The position numbers and the translations under genes were made by a program. Positions 12,001-23,169 of a DNA stretch of 64,000 nt are shown piece after piece; position 1 is the first letter of the stretch; every line of letters begins with the position of its first letter. The stretch comes from Eledone cirrhosa (Eukaryota), in assembly GCA_964016885.1 (NCBI GenBank), contig OZ024763.1, forward strand, positions 930,001-994,000, in the 5' to 3' direction. The notes under the pieces were generated by a model. That model did not search any database, was not told the origin of the DNA, and saw only the letters and a list, made by a program, of their open reading frames with translations.

Positions 12001-12796
12001 TATACTATTGTATTTTCACAGTAAAGGTTTTACCTCACATAATATCTCACATAACATTTACATTACTCTATATATACTATTGTATTTTCACAGTAAAGGC
12101 TTTACCTCACATAACATTTACATTACTCTATATATACTATTGTATTTTCACAGTAAAGGCTTTACCTCACATAACATTTACATTACTCTATATATACTAT
12201 TGTATTTTCACAGTAAAAGCTTTCTCTCATAATTATCTCACATAATATCGAATCTATGAGATTTTGATATTATTTATGTTAAGAACAATACCTTAACATA
12301 AGTATGAGCGGCCGGTTACTGCTGGTTTGCACAGCAAGAAGTGAAAGGATGCGACCAGTTTAAAACGATGTTTGAAGTACAACTTAGATATATCTATCTG
12401 TTTAACAATTTTTCCAGCAAATTGAAAGACTACCCAATCCATTATTCATCCGATGGTTCCATGACAATTGCTGACACAGTTTTGGTAAAAGTCTCCGGAG
12501 ATGAAGAAACGAAAGACATTGCTGTTTCATGGCTCCATCAGGTAAGTGGTACCTTGTCTTTACTCTAATACTACAAATTTTCACAACCTGTACATTAGTA
12601 AAGATACTATAAACATTTGAATTAACAAAACTGTTTTTAGATATTTTTTTGCTGAATCCTTACAGGATGTTAAGAGTTAAACCAGTTATTTTTATGTCTG
12701 TCTTTTAATGCTAATATCGTTTTATTTCCATTGTAGGATGAAGAATTAGGCAGCTACTTACTGAAACTTCTAGAAACTGGGCTGGAAGGAACATGA
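2911..12796 (+). CDS. INTS11: Integrator complex subunit 11 (CPSF3-like metallo-beta-lactamase/beta-CASP endonuclease), 3' part; 5' exons lie upstream of the window
   Basis: Ten GT-AG exons join in frame: 2911-3030, 4325-4420, 4899-5021, 6236-6322, 7433-7595, 9665-9775, 10805-10869, 11073-11215, 12418-12541, 12737-12796(TGA). Peptides [67 protein letters not shown] and [17 protein letters not shown] match INTS11 as I know it. Confidence 0.96.
3160..4324. repeat. complex AT-rich minisatellite (core gttaacacatttacaatatgtgttg; 39-bp units at 3861-4170) running up to the exon acceptor
   Basis: direct reading. Confidence 0.9.
4325..4420 (+). CDS. INTS11: INTS11 exon ([32 protein letters not shown])
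   Basis: ttgtag| ... |gtaatg, 96 nt. Confidence 0.93.
4498..4845. repeat. pyrimidine-rich ~61-bp minisatellite, ~6 copies
   Basis: tctattcctctcccacccagccactttcaccctctctcaacacatgacccaaccatctcat. Confidence 0.9.
4899..5021 (+). CDS. INTS11: INTS11 exon ([23 protein letters not shown]...NENNM)
   Basis: tttcag| ... |gtaagc, 123 nt. Confidence 0.93.
5475..6058. repeat. fold-back element, ~145-bp inverted arms (5475-5630, 5916-6058) between (TA)n tracts
   Basis: arms are reverse complements apart from a 12-bp indel and a substitution. Confidence 0.9.
6236..6322 (+). CDS. INTS11: INTS11 exon ([19 protein letters not shown]...KQV)
   Basis: tttcag| ... |gtaagt, 87 nt. Confidence 0.93.
6514..7097. 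repeat. 37-bp minisatellite, ~16 copies
   Basis: tctggtttacaataggtacactgtatccctgtgtgta. Confidence 0.92.
7433..7595 (+). CDS. INTS11: INTS11 exon ([17 protein letters not shown]...QQEF)
   Basis: cttaag| ... |gtaagt, 163 nt; contains the SAHAD and VHGE beta-CASP motifs. Confidence 0.9.
7713..9519 (+). mobile_element. TTAA element family A with ~24-25 internal 60/72-bp satellite units
   Basis: TTAA|CCCTTTAGCATTTA left end, ~135-bp unique arm, tandem array 7850-9510, TAAATGATAAAGGG|TTTA right end. Confidence 0.88.
9665..9775 (+). CDS. INTS11: INTS11 exon ([12 protein letters not shown]...ASLS)
   Basis: tttcag| ... |gtttgt, 111 nt, phase 1-1. Confidence 0.9.
10805..10869 (+). CDS. INTS11: INTS11 exon ([21 protein letters not shown])
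   Basis: cgctag| ... |gtaaat, 65 nt; frame-compatible with both neighbours. Confidence 0.8.
11073..11215 (+). CDS. INTS11: INTS11 exon ([25 protein letters not shown]...KIK)
   Basis: gacag| ... |gtaagt, 143 nt. Confidence 0.88.
11666..12345 (-). mobile_element. TTAA element family A, inverted orientation, ~9 degenerate units
   Basis: ttaa|ccatttaccatttacattac end, reverse-complement units, unique arm 12240-12345. Confidence 0.8.
12418..12541 (+). CDS. INTS11: INTS11 exon (KLKDYPIH...VSWLHQ)
   Basis: ttccag| ... |gtaagt, 124 nt. Confidence 0.9.
12737..12796 (+). CDS. INTS11: INTS11 last coding exon ([19 protein letters not shown])
   Basis: ttgtag|, ends TGA. Confidence 0.9.
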   Translation, partial: DEELGSYLLKLLETGLEGT

Positions 12797-12850
12797 ATAT
12801 TTTTTATAGATTTGAAATTCTTTTAAGCACATTTTTTCTTTTGAACTCAA

Positions 12851-12856
12851 AATAAA
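12851..12856 (+). terminator. putative polyadenylation signal of INTS11
   Basis: AATAAA ~55 nt after the stop, followed by a T/GT-rich tract (12875-12897). Confidence 0.6.
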
Positions 12857-13094
12857 ATTCATTTTTTTAACAACTTTTTTGTGTGTTTTTTTTTCTTAAA
12901 ATATTCAAGTTTTGAAAATAATCAAAAAATTGGAGGGATTCAGTAATATGACTAACTTTCTAATTATTTATAAGATATTTGGAACATAACTTGACAAAGG
13001 TTCTTACATAAGTTTATAATGGAAGATTTTTAGATGAATATTAATTTAATCTTTTCGTTATGATCAAGAATTTGGAGAGATTTAACCTAACCAT

Positions 13095-14100
13095 ATTGAA
13101 TGATACTGCCGGCATATGGTTAGAATGTCTCAGGAAAGAATCACTGGACTGAGAGATCATAACTCCGATACTATGGACATTTGGTTAGACTGTCTCAGGA
13201 AAGAACCACTGGAGTCACTTCAGGTAGAGCCACTACTTCTCTGAATTGAAAGATCACAGCTCTGATACTATGGACATGTGGTTAGAATGTCTCAGGAAAG
13301 AATCTCTGGATTGAGAGATCATAACTCCGATACTATGGACATTTGGTTAGAATGTCTCAGGAAAGAATCTCTGGATTGAGAGATCATAACTCCGATACTA
13401 TGGACATTTGGTTAGACTGTCTCAGGAAAGAACCACTGGAGTCACTCCAGGTAGAGCCACTACTTCTCTGAATTGAAAGATCACAGCTCTGATACTATGG
13501 ACATGTGGTTAGAATGTCTCAGGAAAGAATCACTGGACACATTTGTAGCTCGGAGATCAGAGAGTTACTCCAGGTAGAGCTGCTGCTACTCTGAATTGAG
13601 AGATCACAGCTCTGATACTATGGACATGTGGTTAGAATGTCTCAGGAAAGAATCACTGGACAGATTTGTAGCTCGGAAATCAGAGAGTTACTCCAGGTAG
13701 AGCTGCTGCTACTCTGAATTGAGAGATCACAGCTCTGATACTATGGACATGTGGTTAGAATGTCTCAGGAAAGAATCACTGGACAGATTTGTAGCTCGGA
13801 AATCAGAGAGTTACTCCAGGTAGAGCTGCTACTTCTCTGTATTGAGAGATCACAGCTCTGATACTATGGACATGTGGTTAGAATGTCTCAGGAAAGGATA
13901 TATGGACAGATTTTATGGGTAAAACAAACCGGCAAGAGACCCAGGAGTAGACAGAGAGAAAGATGGTTGGATAACATCCACTAGCTTGGCTGGTCTCACC
14001 TGAGGATCCAGCAAGATCAATTGAAGATGGTTGCTTCTGAAAGGACCTGCTAGAAGGAGTGTTTGAGGACTCTGCCCCCACGACCGCCTCATGAATATGT
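13095..14100 (+). mobile_element. RTE-clade LINE 3' end with an internally tandem-amplified ~60/120-bp segment
   Basis: unit translates to [27 protein letters not shown], a typical RTE ORF2 C-terminus; inverted counterpart at 51497-52350. Confidence 0.7.
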
Positions 14101-14454
14101 GGGCACAGAAAAAGAAAAATCATCATGAATTTGGAGGGATTTCGTAATATAACTAACTTTCTCATTATTAAGTTGATGTTTGGAACATAACCTAACAAGG
14201 GTTCGGATATAAAATTATGATGGAAAGTTTTTAGAGTTTAAAGGTTCTGATATAAAATTACTTTTGATGATTTTAATTTATATACAAGAAGTTTTTTTAT
14301 AACTTTTAATTATAAATCATTTGGCAAATTGATATCAAAAGGGTTAATGAGTTTACCACTGACCAAAAGAGTATTTTTAATCAGGTAAATTACACAGAAA
14401 CTAGTTTATTAGACCTGAATTAACTTTCTTTACATGTCTTAATGAATTTGGCAT

Positions 14455-15002
14455 GACTGATCTTAACACCTCACATTGACTGATCTTAACACCTCTTACT
14501 GACTGGTCATATCTCACACTGATTGGTTTTAAAACACCTCACTGACTGGTCTTAAAACCTCACATTGACTGATCTTAACACCTCACTGACTGGTCATATC
14601 TCACACTGATTGGTCATAAAACACTTCACATTGACTGGTCTTAAAACCTCACATTGACTGATCTTAACACCTCTCACTGACTGGTCATATCTCACACTGA
14701 TTGGTCTTAAAACACCTCACATTGACTGATCTAAACACCTCTCACTGACTGGTCATATCTCACACTGATTGGTCTTAAAACACCTCACATTGACTGATCT
14801 TAACACCTCTCACTGACTGGTCATATCTCACACTGATTGGTCTTAAAACACCTCACTGAATGGTCTTAAAACACCTCACATTGACTGATCTTAACACCTC
14901 ACATTGACTGATCTTAACACCTCACATTGACTGATCTTAACACCTCTCACTGACTGGTCATATCTCACACTGATTGGTCATAAAACACTTCACATTGACT
15001 GG
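14455..15002. repeat. degenerate ~22-25-bp minisatellite (actgactggtcttaaaacacctcac)
   Basis: direct reading. Confidence 0.85.
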
Positions 15003-15154
15003 AAATTCATGATTCAGGATAAATATGGGAGACAAGATACCAGTCCTCTTCCACATAAGAAAAAAAAAAAAGAGAAAAACCTTTTTTTTCATTTACATTT
15101 ATTTCTGTATGTCTATATATACATATATGTATATATGTTTTTGTTCATGTGATA

Positions 15155-15186
<32 letters not shown>

Positions 15187-15567
15187 GTTTGAGTGCCTGG
15201 CTGCATATATATATATGTGTGTGTATGTGTTTATATATATGTATATATTATGCGTGTCTGCCTGCATATATACATCTATGTAGATATAATATATATATAT
15301 ATAGATATATGTGATATATGAGTGTGGGTATCTATATATATATATATATGTAGTGTTCATGTGTGTGTGTCTATATGTATGTATATCTATATATATATAT
15401 ATAATGTGTGTCTGGTTGCATATATATACATTACATAATATATATGTGTGTATGTCTAAATATATATATATATATAGACATCTCTGACTGATGACTGATC
15501 CAGACGTTTATTAATATTGTCCGAGATCCAGAAACCTTTGGTAATGGAGTAGTTATATTTTGTTCAC

Positions 15568-15605
<38 letters not shown>

Positions 15606-15792
15606 TTGTTTCTACTTTTGGCACAAGGCCAGCAATTATCCCAGTGTATTACTGGTACTTTATTTTATCGACCCCCCCGATAAGGATGAAAGGCAAAGTG
15701 AACCTCGGTGGGATTTGAACTCGGGTGGTAAAGGGCCGTAACTCTATGCTGCGAAGCATGGCGTCCGACCCTCTACTGATACTGCCAATCCG

Positions 15793-15835
<43 letters not shown>

Positions 15836-16059
15836 AGTGTTATATTCAACAGATCATAACAGCGCTCTGTATATGATGTAGAGCAGGTATAGATATTTTA
15901 AAACAATATTTTACAACATTTGGTCTACCAAATTTCATGCACAAGGCATTGGTCAACCTGAGGCTACAGTAGAAGACATTTGCCCAAGGTGCCACACCCC
16001 GGGATTGAACTCAGGCCCGTGTGGTTGTGAAGTGAATCCCATCAAATTGTATATGTATA

Positions 16060-16090
16060 TATTATACATATCTCTATATGTACATATACA

Positions 16091-16158
<68 letters not shown>

Positions 16159-16235
16159 ACATATATAAATATAGATATATATGTATGTATATATATAAAT
16201 ATACATACATGTGTGTGTATTTATGTATATATATG

Positions 16236-16276
<41 letters not shown>

Positions 16277-16281
16277 CATAA

Positions 16282-16327
<46 letters not shown>

Positions 16328-16410
16328 TAGATATAGATATATATGTATGTATATATATAAATATACATACATGTGTGTGTGTATTTATGTATATATATAT
16401 ACATACATAA

Positions 16411-16454
<44 letters not shown>

Positions 16455-16600
16455 CATATATATAGATATATATGTATATATATAAATATACATACATGTG
16501 TGTGTGTATGTGTGTATTTATGTATATGTGTATATATATATATATATAAATATATATACAAACATAATGTGTGTGCATGTGTGTATATATATACACACAC
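16060..16600. repeat. compound (TG)n/(TA)n microsatellite field (similar fields at 15100-15480, 37860-40480 and 40930-41580)
   Basis: direct reading; source of the spurious [12 protein letters not shown] ORFs. Confidence 0.95.
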
Positions 16601-17187
16601 ACAATTATTACTCAATAAGTCAGGAGGTAGGGGCCAACATACATGGCCTTCAAAGGTGTGTGTGTGTGTCTGTATTTATGTTTACACCGCTTAACAACCG
16701 GTGCTGTTTGTTTTATGTCTTATAACTTAGCAGACAAATAGAGATCGATGAAATATTTATCAGACTTTAGAAAAAATGAAGAACTGGGGTCGATATGGTT
16801 GACTAAATCCTTGAAGTTTGGGTCCCAGCACAGCTGCAGTCCAACGACTGAAGCTAGAATCCAGGAAGAGGTGAATATATATATATATCCATATATATCA
16901 TCAGGAAAACCCTGATGATTTCCTCTGAATGAAACAGTTCTAGTCCTGTAGAAGCCATTTCTATATTAAATCATATATGTATATACCATACATCTGCTTT
17001 GTATGCTGGCACATTATATATATATATATATATAATGTATACGTATGTATATAAATATATGTATATGTATATATATGTATGAATGTATGTCTATACATAT
17101 ATACCCACACACACCACATTTACACCACATATAATATATGAATGAATAAATAAATCTGTATATATATGTATATATATATATATATAC

Positions 17188-17218
<31 letters not shown>

Positions 17219-17264
17219 TAGATAGATAAATATACACGGGTGTGTATGATTGTGTATAGGAGAT

Positions 17265-17653
17265 TATATTAATAAGAGGAATTCCAACTTTGTCTGATTT
17301 ACTCGTTTTATTTACAATCCTTTAAAATTTATAATGGTATTATAATGAAATAGTATGGTAGAATATTAAATGTTAAGTGTTAATTGAACAAGTACTTTCA
17401 TGCTTTTGCAATCTTCAGGTTCATAATATGTGGTGAGTCAAGTTTGCAATTTTCAACAGTTGAAAATTGCAAACTTGACTGTCACCACACAGTATGAACC
17501 TGAAGATTGCAAAAGCATGAAAGTACTTGTTCAATTAACACTTAACATTTAATATTCTACCATACTATTTCATTATAATACCATTATAAATTTTAAAGGA
17601 TTGTAAATAAAACGAGTAAATCAGACAAAGTTGGAATTCCTCTTATTAATATA
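17265..17653. repeat. near-perfect ~390-bp palindrome (arms ~193 bp, centre 17458)
   Basis: tattaataagaggaattcc...ttttcaac a gttgaaaa...ggaattcctcttattaata; a few mismatches near the centre only. Confidence 0.95.
17495..17533 (+). ncRNA. minimal type I hammerhead ribozyme motif (mirror copy on - strand at 17385-17423)
   Basis: TGAAC-CTGAAGA-TTGC AAAA GCAT-GAAA-GTAC-TT-GTTCA: stem I TGAAC/GTTCA, CUGANGA and GAAA cores, short stem II (U-U at the closing pair), palindromic stem III. Confidence 0.6.
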
Positions 17654-17986
17654 TATATATATACACACATACATATCCACATGTATATATTTCTACACAT
17701 CTATATATACACATACATACATTTACATATATATATATATACATACTCACAAACACATATCATCATCATCATCATTATACTCAAAATTGTTTGTTTTTTT
17801 TTCATTTCATCACTACACATTTCTATTTACACAAACACACCTCTATGCACATATACACACACTGCAACGTGAGTGTGCAGTTTACAGCCTCTTTTTTTTT
17901 TTCAGGTTCAGGTGAATCTAATTATGAGAAAATGATGAGTGGAGGTGGAACAGATAGGAAGAGAGATGGGGTGGGCGTGTGTAGTA

Positions 17987-18213
17987 TTATGAGTTGAAAA
18001 CATGTTTGTGAAGGTCCTGAACAGCTAAGTCCAATGAGAAGTCCAATGGTTTTACTTCAATCGCATTAGTATGATCACGTATACGATTCCAGTCTTGCAA
18101 GATCCGACTATATTGTAAAACATTCTCTCGGTCACCCTGGCTTTGGTACAGACGTAAGAGGCCCTTATAGTCATATTCAAGTCCGCTATATCCAGCACCA
18201 AACAGCTTCTTGC
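17987..18213 (-). CDS. APPBP2: APPBP2 last coding exon ([15 protein letters not shown]...HVFNS*)
   Basis: long poly-T tract + cag acceptor; TAA at 17987-17989. Confidence 0.92.
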
Positions 18214-19095
18214 CTGAAAAACAAAGGTAAATTAGAAAAAAAAAAAAAAAAAAAAAAAATGTATATTTTGGTGCTATGCAGTTTTACGGAAGACCCGCCC
18301 TCGATTGTTATCGGGGTGAGGCTTATACCTAGTAGGCAACACCTTCCTCAACCTGTTATCCCTTCTCATCCACCCCAATTAGCAGTAACCATACCTACCC
18401 TACTATCCTGTCTACATCTTTCTTCCCCCCCAAGCCCCTCCCCAGTCCCACACCAAAGGTGCCTAGTCCACACTGTAAAGAGTGATTGTGTAGGTGTCAC
18501 AACAAAAAGCACCCAGCACACACTGTAAATGTGGTTGGTTTTAGAAAACCAACCAGAAACTCTCCTATATGAGCGAGAATGGTCACCCGACCCATCTTGC
18601 CTCTAAATGGGACAAACCTATCTAACCCATGCTAGCATTGAAGATAGACGTTAATTGACGATGATGATGATATGTGTGAGTAAAGAAGTGCCAAGAAATG
18701 CCAGTTGAAGGAAGACACAGTAGAGGAAAACCACAAAAAACATGGGCAGAGGTGGTGAGAACAGACTTCAGATCGCTGAAGTTCACAGAGAAGATGACAA
18801 AGGACTGTGACAAGAGGAGATATGCTGTGCTGTATAGGACCCGTCCCACCCTTACAAGCAGGGAAAAGCGGCCGTAAAATGATGATGTATATATACATAT
18901 CAAACACTGAAATAGCCAGGTGTGATAAAGGCTTATTTTATCAAATATATATATACTGTACTTGTGTAAAACCATAGCATAGGTTAAAGGATTAAGATTA
19001 TATATATTCCACCTGTGTTCATATTCTTCAATAGAATATCTATTTGGTATATATACAATATACTGTCTTTCTTATACAATATATGGCTCTCTCTT

Positions 19096-19134
<39 letters not shown>

Positions 19135-22100
19135 TGTAATAAACAACATAAGACAATTATTCCATTTACCAAAGGTTTCACGAAGACAGACGACCTCAAC
19201 AGAGACGTCTGAAATCACTCATCAGAATGAAAATTTAAAGCACTCTCCTTTCCTTTACCCTTCCTACGGAAATACTTCATACATATATATAACCATTGCA
19301 TGGGCTAAAGGATTAAGATTATATAACTGACTGTGAAGAAATGTTTCTGAAAGTTATGCAAGCTGTGCTGTTTTCTGATTTTGTAAGCATGTCCACAGGT
19401 GTTATATACATGGAATTCAAAAAGGTGCTCAGGGTTGGAAAGATGATTAATAATCTTGTGGGTGTCTACCAAGTCAGTTGATGATGATTATGATAGTGTG
19501 TGTGTGATTGCGTTACAAAACAAAATATATGTTTTTACTTGGAAAGGCTTTTGATACCAAACCAGGTCTGGTTTCACAATACAAAAACATTTTAAATCTT
19601 TAAATTTACCAAAAACAGCTTCCATCATAATTTTATGTGAGAAAGTTAGTGAATCCATCCAAATTCTGGATTTTTTTTTTTAAATTTGTTGAAAATGACT
19701 TTTATTAGGTTTAATAATGAGAAAGTTAGTTAAACTATTAAATCACTTCAAATACTTGATTAATTTTGAAATTATTTGAAAACCATAGACAGTGTCTTTA
19801 TTAGAAATATGGTAATGAAAGGGTTAAAAACATAGACAGTGTCTTTCATTAGAAATATGGTAATGAAAGGGTTAAAGACATAGACAGTGTCTTTCATTAG
19901 AAATATGGTAATGAAAGGGTTAAAGACAGACAGTGTCTTTCATTAGAAATATGGTAATGAAAGGGTTAAAGACATAGACAGTGTCTTTCATTAGAAATAT
20001 GGTAATGAAAGGGTTAAAGACATAGACAGTGTCTTTCATTAGAAATATGGTAATGGAAGGGTTCAAGACATAGACAGTGTCTTTCATTAGAAATATGGTA
20101 ATGAAAGGGTTAAAGACATAGACTGTCTTTCATTAGAAATATGGTAATGGAAGGGTTCAAGACATAGACAGTGTCTTTCATTAGAAATATGGGTTAAATT
20201 TTAATTATCTAAAAATTTTCCATCATAATTTTATGTAAGAACCTTTATAAAGTTATGTTCCAAACACCAACTTAATAATGAGAAAGTTAGTTATATTACT
20301 AAATCCTCCCAAATTCTTGATTATTTAAAAAATTATTTGTAAATCATAGACAGTGTCTTTAATTAAAAATAAGGTCACAAGAAGTTTAATTAGTCCTTTC
20401 GCAACTAAACTGCCTCTGCTGCTACAATATAAAACTGTTTTTCTTTAATGTTTATGGTTTATGCTTACCGTCAAAAAAACATCCATCATAATTTTATGTG
20501 ACAACCTTTGTTAAGTTATGTTCCAAATTTCAAATAATCACAATTTTAGTTATTTTACAAAGTTTTAACACAGATTATCTTGTTTTGATTGAAATACCAT
20601 AGTATATCCTTGAATATAAGCTGAGGAATATGTAAACAAAGTAAATTTTAAAATCGCTGGCAGGAGGGGTGGGGGATTATATTCAGAGCCAATGCTTTAA
20701 CAATTTTTACCAATTCTACATAAATAAGGTTTAGATTTTTGCCCATTTCTCAAACAAAATAGTGGGGTCAGCTTATATCATCATCATCACCGTTTTACGT
20801 CCATTCTTCCACGCTAGCATGGGTTAAACGGGTTGTCCTGTTGCGGGCAATGCCAGGTCGGTTGACCTTGTCTTGCTCATATGGGAACTGATTTCGGCTT
20901 GATTTCTACAGCTGGATGCCCTTCCTAACACCAACCTCATTTACAGTGAGTGCTGGGTGCTTTTTTGTTGTGACACCTTCACGTCCACTTTACAGTGTAG
21001 GCTGGGTACTTTCTGTCGTGGCACCTCCATGCCCACTTTGCAGTGGGAGGGGGTGGGGACATTGTCTATGTGCTTCAGCTTGTACTCGTGGGAAGTCGGG
21101 TCTGTATCAATATATACAGTAGGTCGACAATAGGGTTAACCAACATACAGTAAGACATTGAGAAAGGGATTTAAACAAAAAAGCCTGATGATGCAGGAGG
21201 GGAGTAATTAAACTTGAAAAGTTCAAAATTTCATCAAGGTCATTGTGTATTGTTTATGGTAGCAAAGAAATTAATTTGGGGCCCTTTTGAATATTAAGGT
21301 TTCATGGTAGTTTTAATATGGGCCCCAAGTCCTGTCAACATAGGTGTAGGTATGGCTGTGTGGTTAAGGGGCTCACTTCACAACACAGGTGTAGGTATGG
21401 CTGTGTTAAGGGGTTCACTTCACAACATAGGTGTAGGTATGGCTGTGTTAAGGTGTTCCCTTCACAACATAGGTGTAGGTATGGCTGTGTGGTTAAGGGG
21501 CTCACTTCACAACATAGGTGTAGGTATGGCTGTGTTAAGGAGTTCACTTCACAACATAGGTGTAGGTATGGCTGTGTTAAGGAGTTCACTTCACAACATA
21601 GGTGTAGGTATGGCTGTGTTAAGGTGTTCCCTTCACAACATAGGTGTAGGTATGGCTGTGTGGTTAAGGGGCTCACTTCACAACATAGGTGTAGGTATGG
21701 CTGTGTTAAGGAGTTCCCTTCACAACATAAGTGTAGGTATGGCTGTGTTGTTAAGGGGTTCTCTTCACAACATAGGTGTAGGTATGGCTGTGTTAAGGGG
21801 TTCACTTCACAACATAGGTGTAGGTATGGCTGTGTTAAGGGGTTCACTTCACAACATAGGTGTAGGTATGGCTGTGTTGTTAAGGCCACAATCTAATGCA
21901 GTCATGGGCAACCTGCGGCCCACAAAGCTTTCTGAATGGCTCGCCTAAGTCACCTAAGTGAAATCTTTCTGGGTTTTTTACCCCAACTTTTCAGTCGTAA
22001 TTTATCTTTCTATCATTTTTACGATCGAGGAAAACGTGTAGGAATTCTGAAGAAACAAATCAAAACAACCTGAGTTACCGCCCTTTGTTTTTTAATGTGG

Positions 22101-22746
22101 GCACAAATGTAAACTAGGCTTGCGGTCTGCCTGATGATGAGCCATACCTCATGTGGCCCGCTTCTCGAAAAAGGTTGCCCATGCTGGTTTAATGACTGAA
22201 ACTAGTAAAAGAATAAAAGAATATGGTGCCACAGCATGGCCACAGTCTAATGACTGAAACCAATATAAGAATATAGGTGGTGCCACAGTCTAATGTCTGA
22301 AACCAATAAAACTGTCATGGTAGTGCCCCAGCATGGCCACAGTCTAATAACAAACCAGTAAAAGAATATAGGTGGTGCCACAGCATGGCCACAGTCTAAT
22401 GTCTGAAACCAATAAAACTGTGTCAAGGTGGTGCCCAAGCATGGCCACGATCTAATGACTGAGACCAGTAAGATAATGTACCAGTAACCATTTACTTACC
22501 AATTTCAATAGATCTTTTATAAAGACTCTCTGCTTGGATGTGATCTTTCATGTCGTAGTTATATAACGAGGCTAAATGACCAACAGAGAGTGCCACTTCA
22601 TAGTCGTCTGGTCCTAATAGTCGTTCTTTGATCTCAATAGCTTTCAAATGGTGTCCTTCAGCAAGCTACCAACAACAACAACAACAACAAAAATTAAATT
22701 TATAAACTTATGAGAATTAAAAAGTTTCATGGAATGTTTTTTATAG

Positions 22747-22796
<50 letters not shown>

Positions 22797-23129
22797 AAAG
22801 TTGTCCTTCATCAGTGATCTTCCAACCATCATAGGCATTTCATCGCTTTATATATATATATATAATAGAAAACGAAAATCCGTGATGCATCTGAACTCAA
22901 TGCTCCGAAATCATTAGACGTGTCCGTCGAACCTGCGGGTCCAGAATCAGACAGATCCACACAATGATCGCGTCTTGAGGTGTCCGCCGGCGAAACAATT
23001 GTAGCACACAATAAATTGAGTTCAGATGCATCACTGATTTTCGTTTTCTATTCTATCATACTCTGCTCTGTGAGAGCATAGAGTGCTCAACCGGCATACC
23101 GCCTATGGAAGCATCTTAGCTACTATCAG

Positions 23130-23169
<40 letters not shown>

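Noticed and set aside
15484-15575. CTGATGA between (TA)n tracts (also minus strand near 19225, and weaker strings near 10470-10495 and 39525-39550)
   Set aside because: No correctly placed GAAA and stem I; cannot support a hammerhead.
16005-16725. Many ORFs rich in IY/TH/VC (also 37436-41696 and 52574-53427 outside the exon)
   Set aside because: Dinucleotide microsatellite translations.
21304-21948. 214-aa and 192-aa repetitive ORFs
   Set aside because: 42/45-bp minisatellite in an APPBP2 intron; no splice or homology support.
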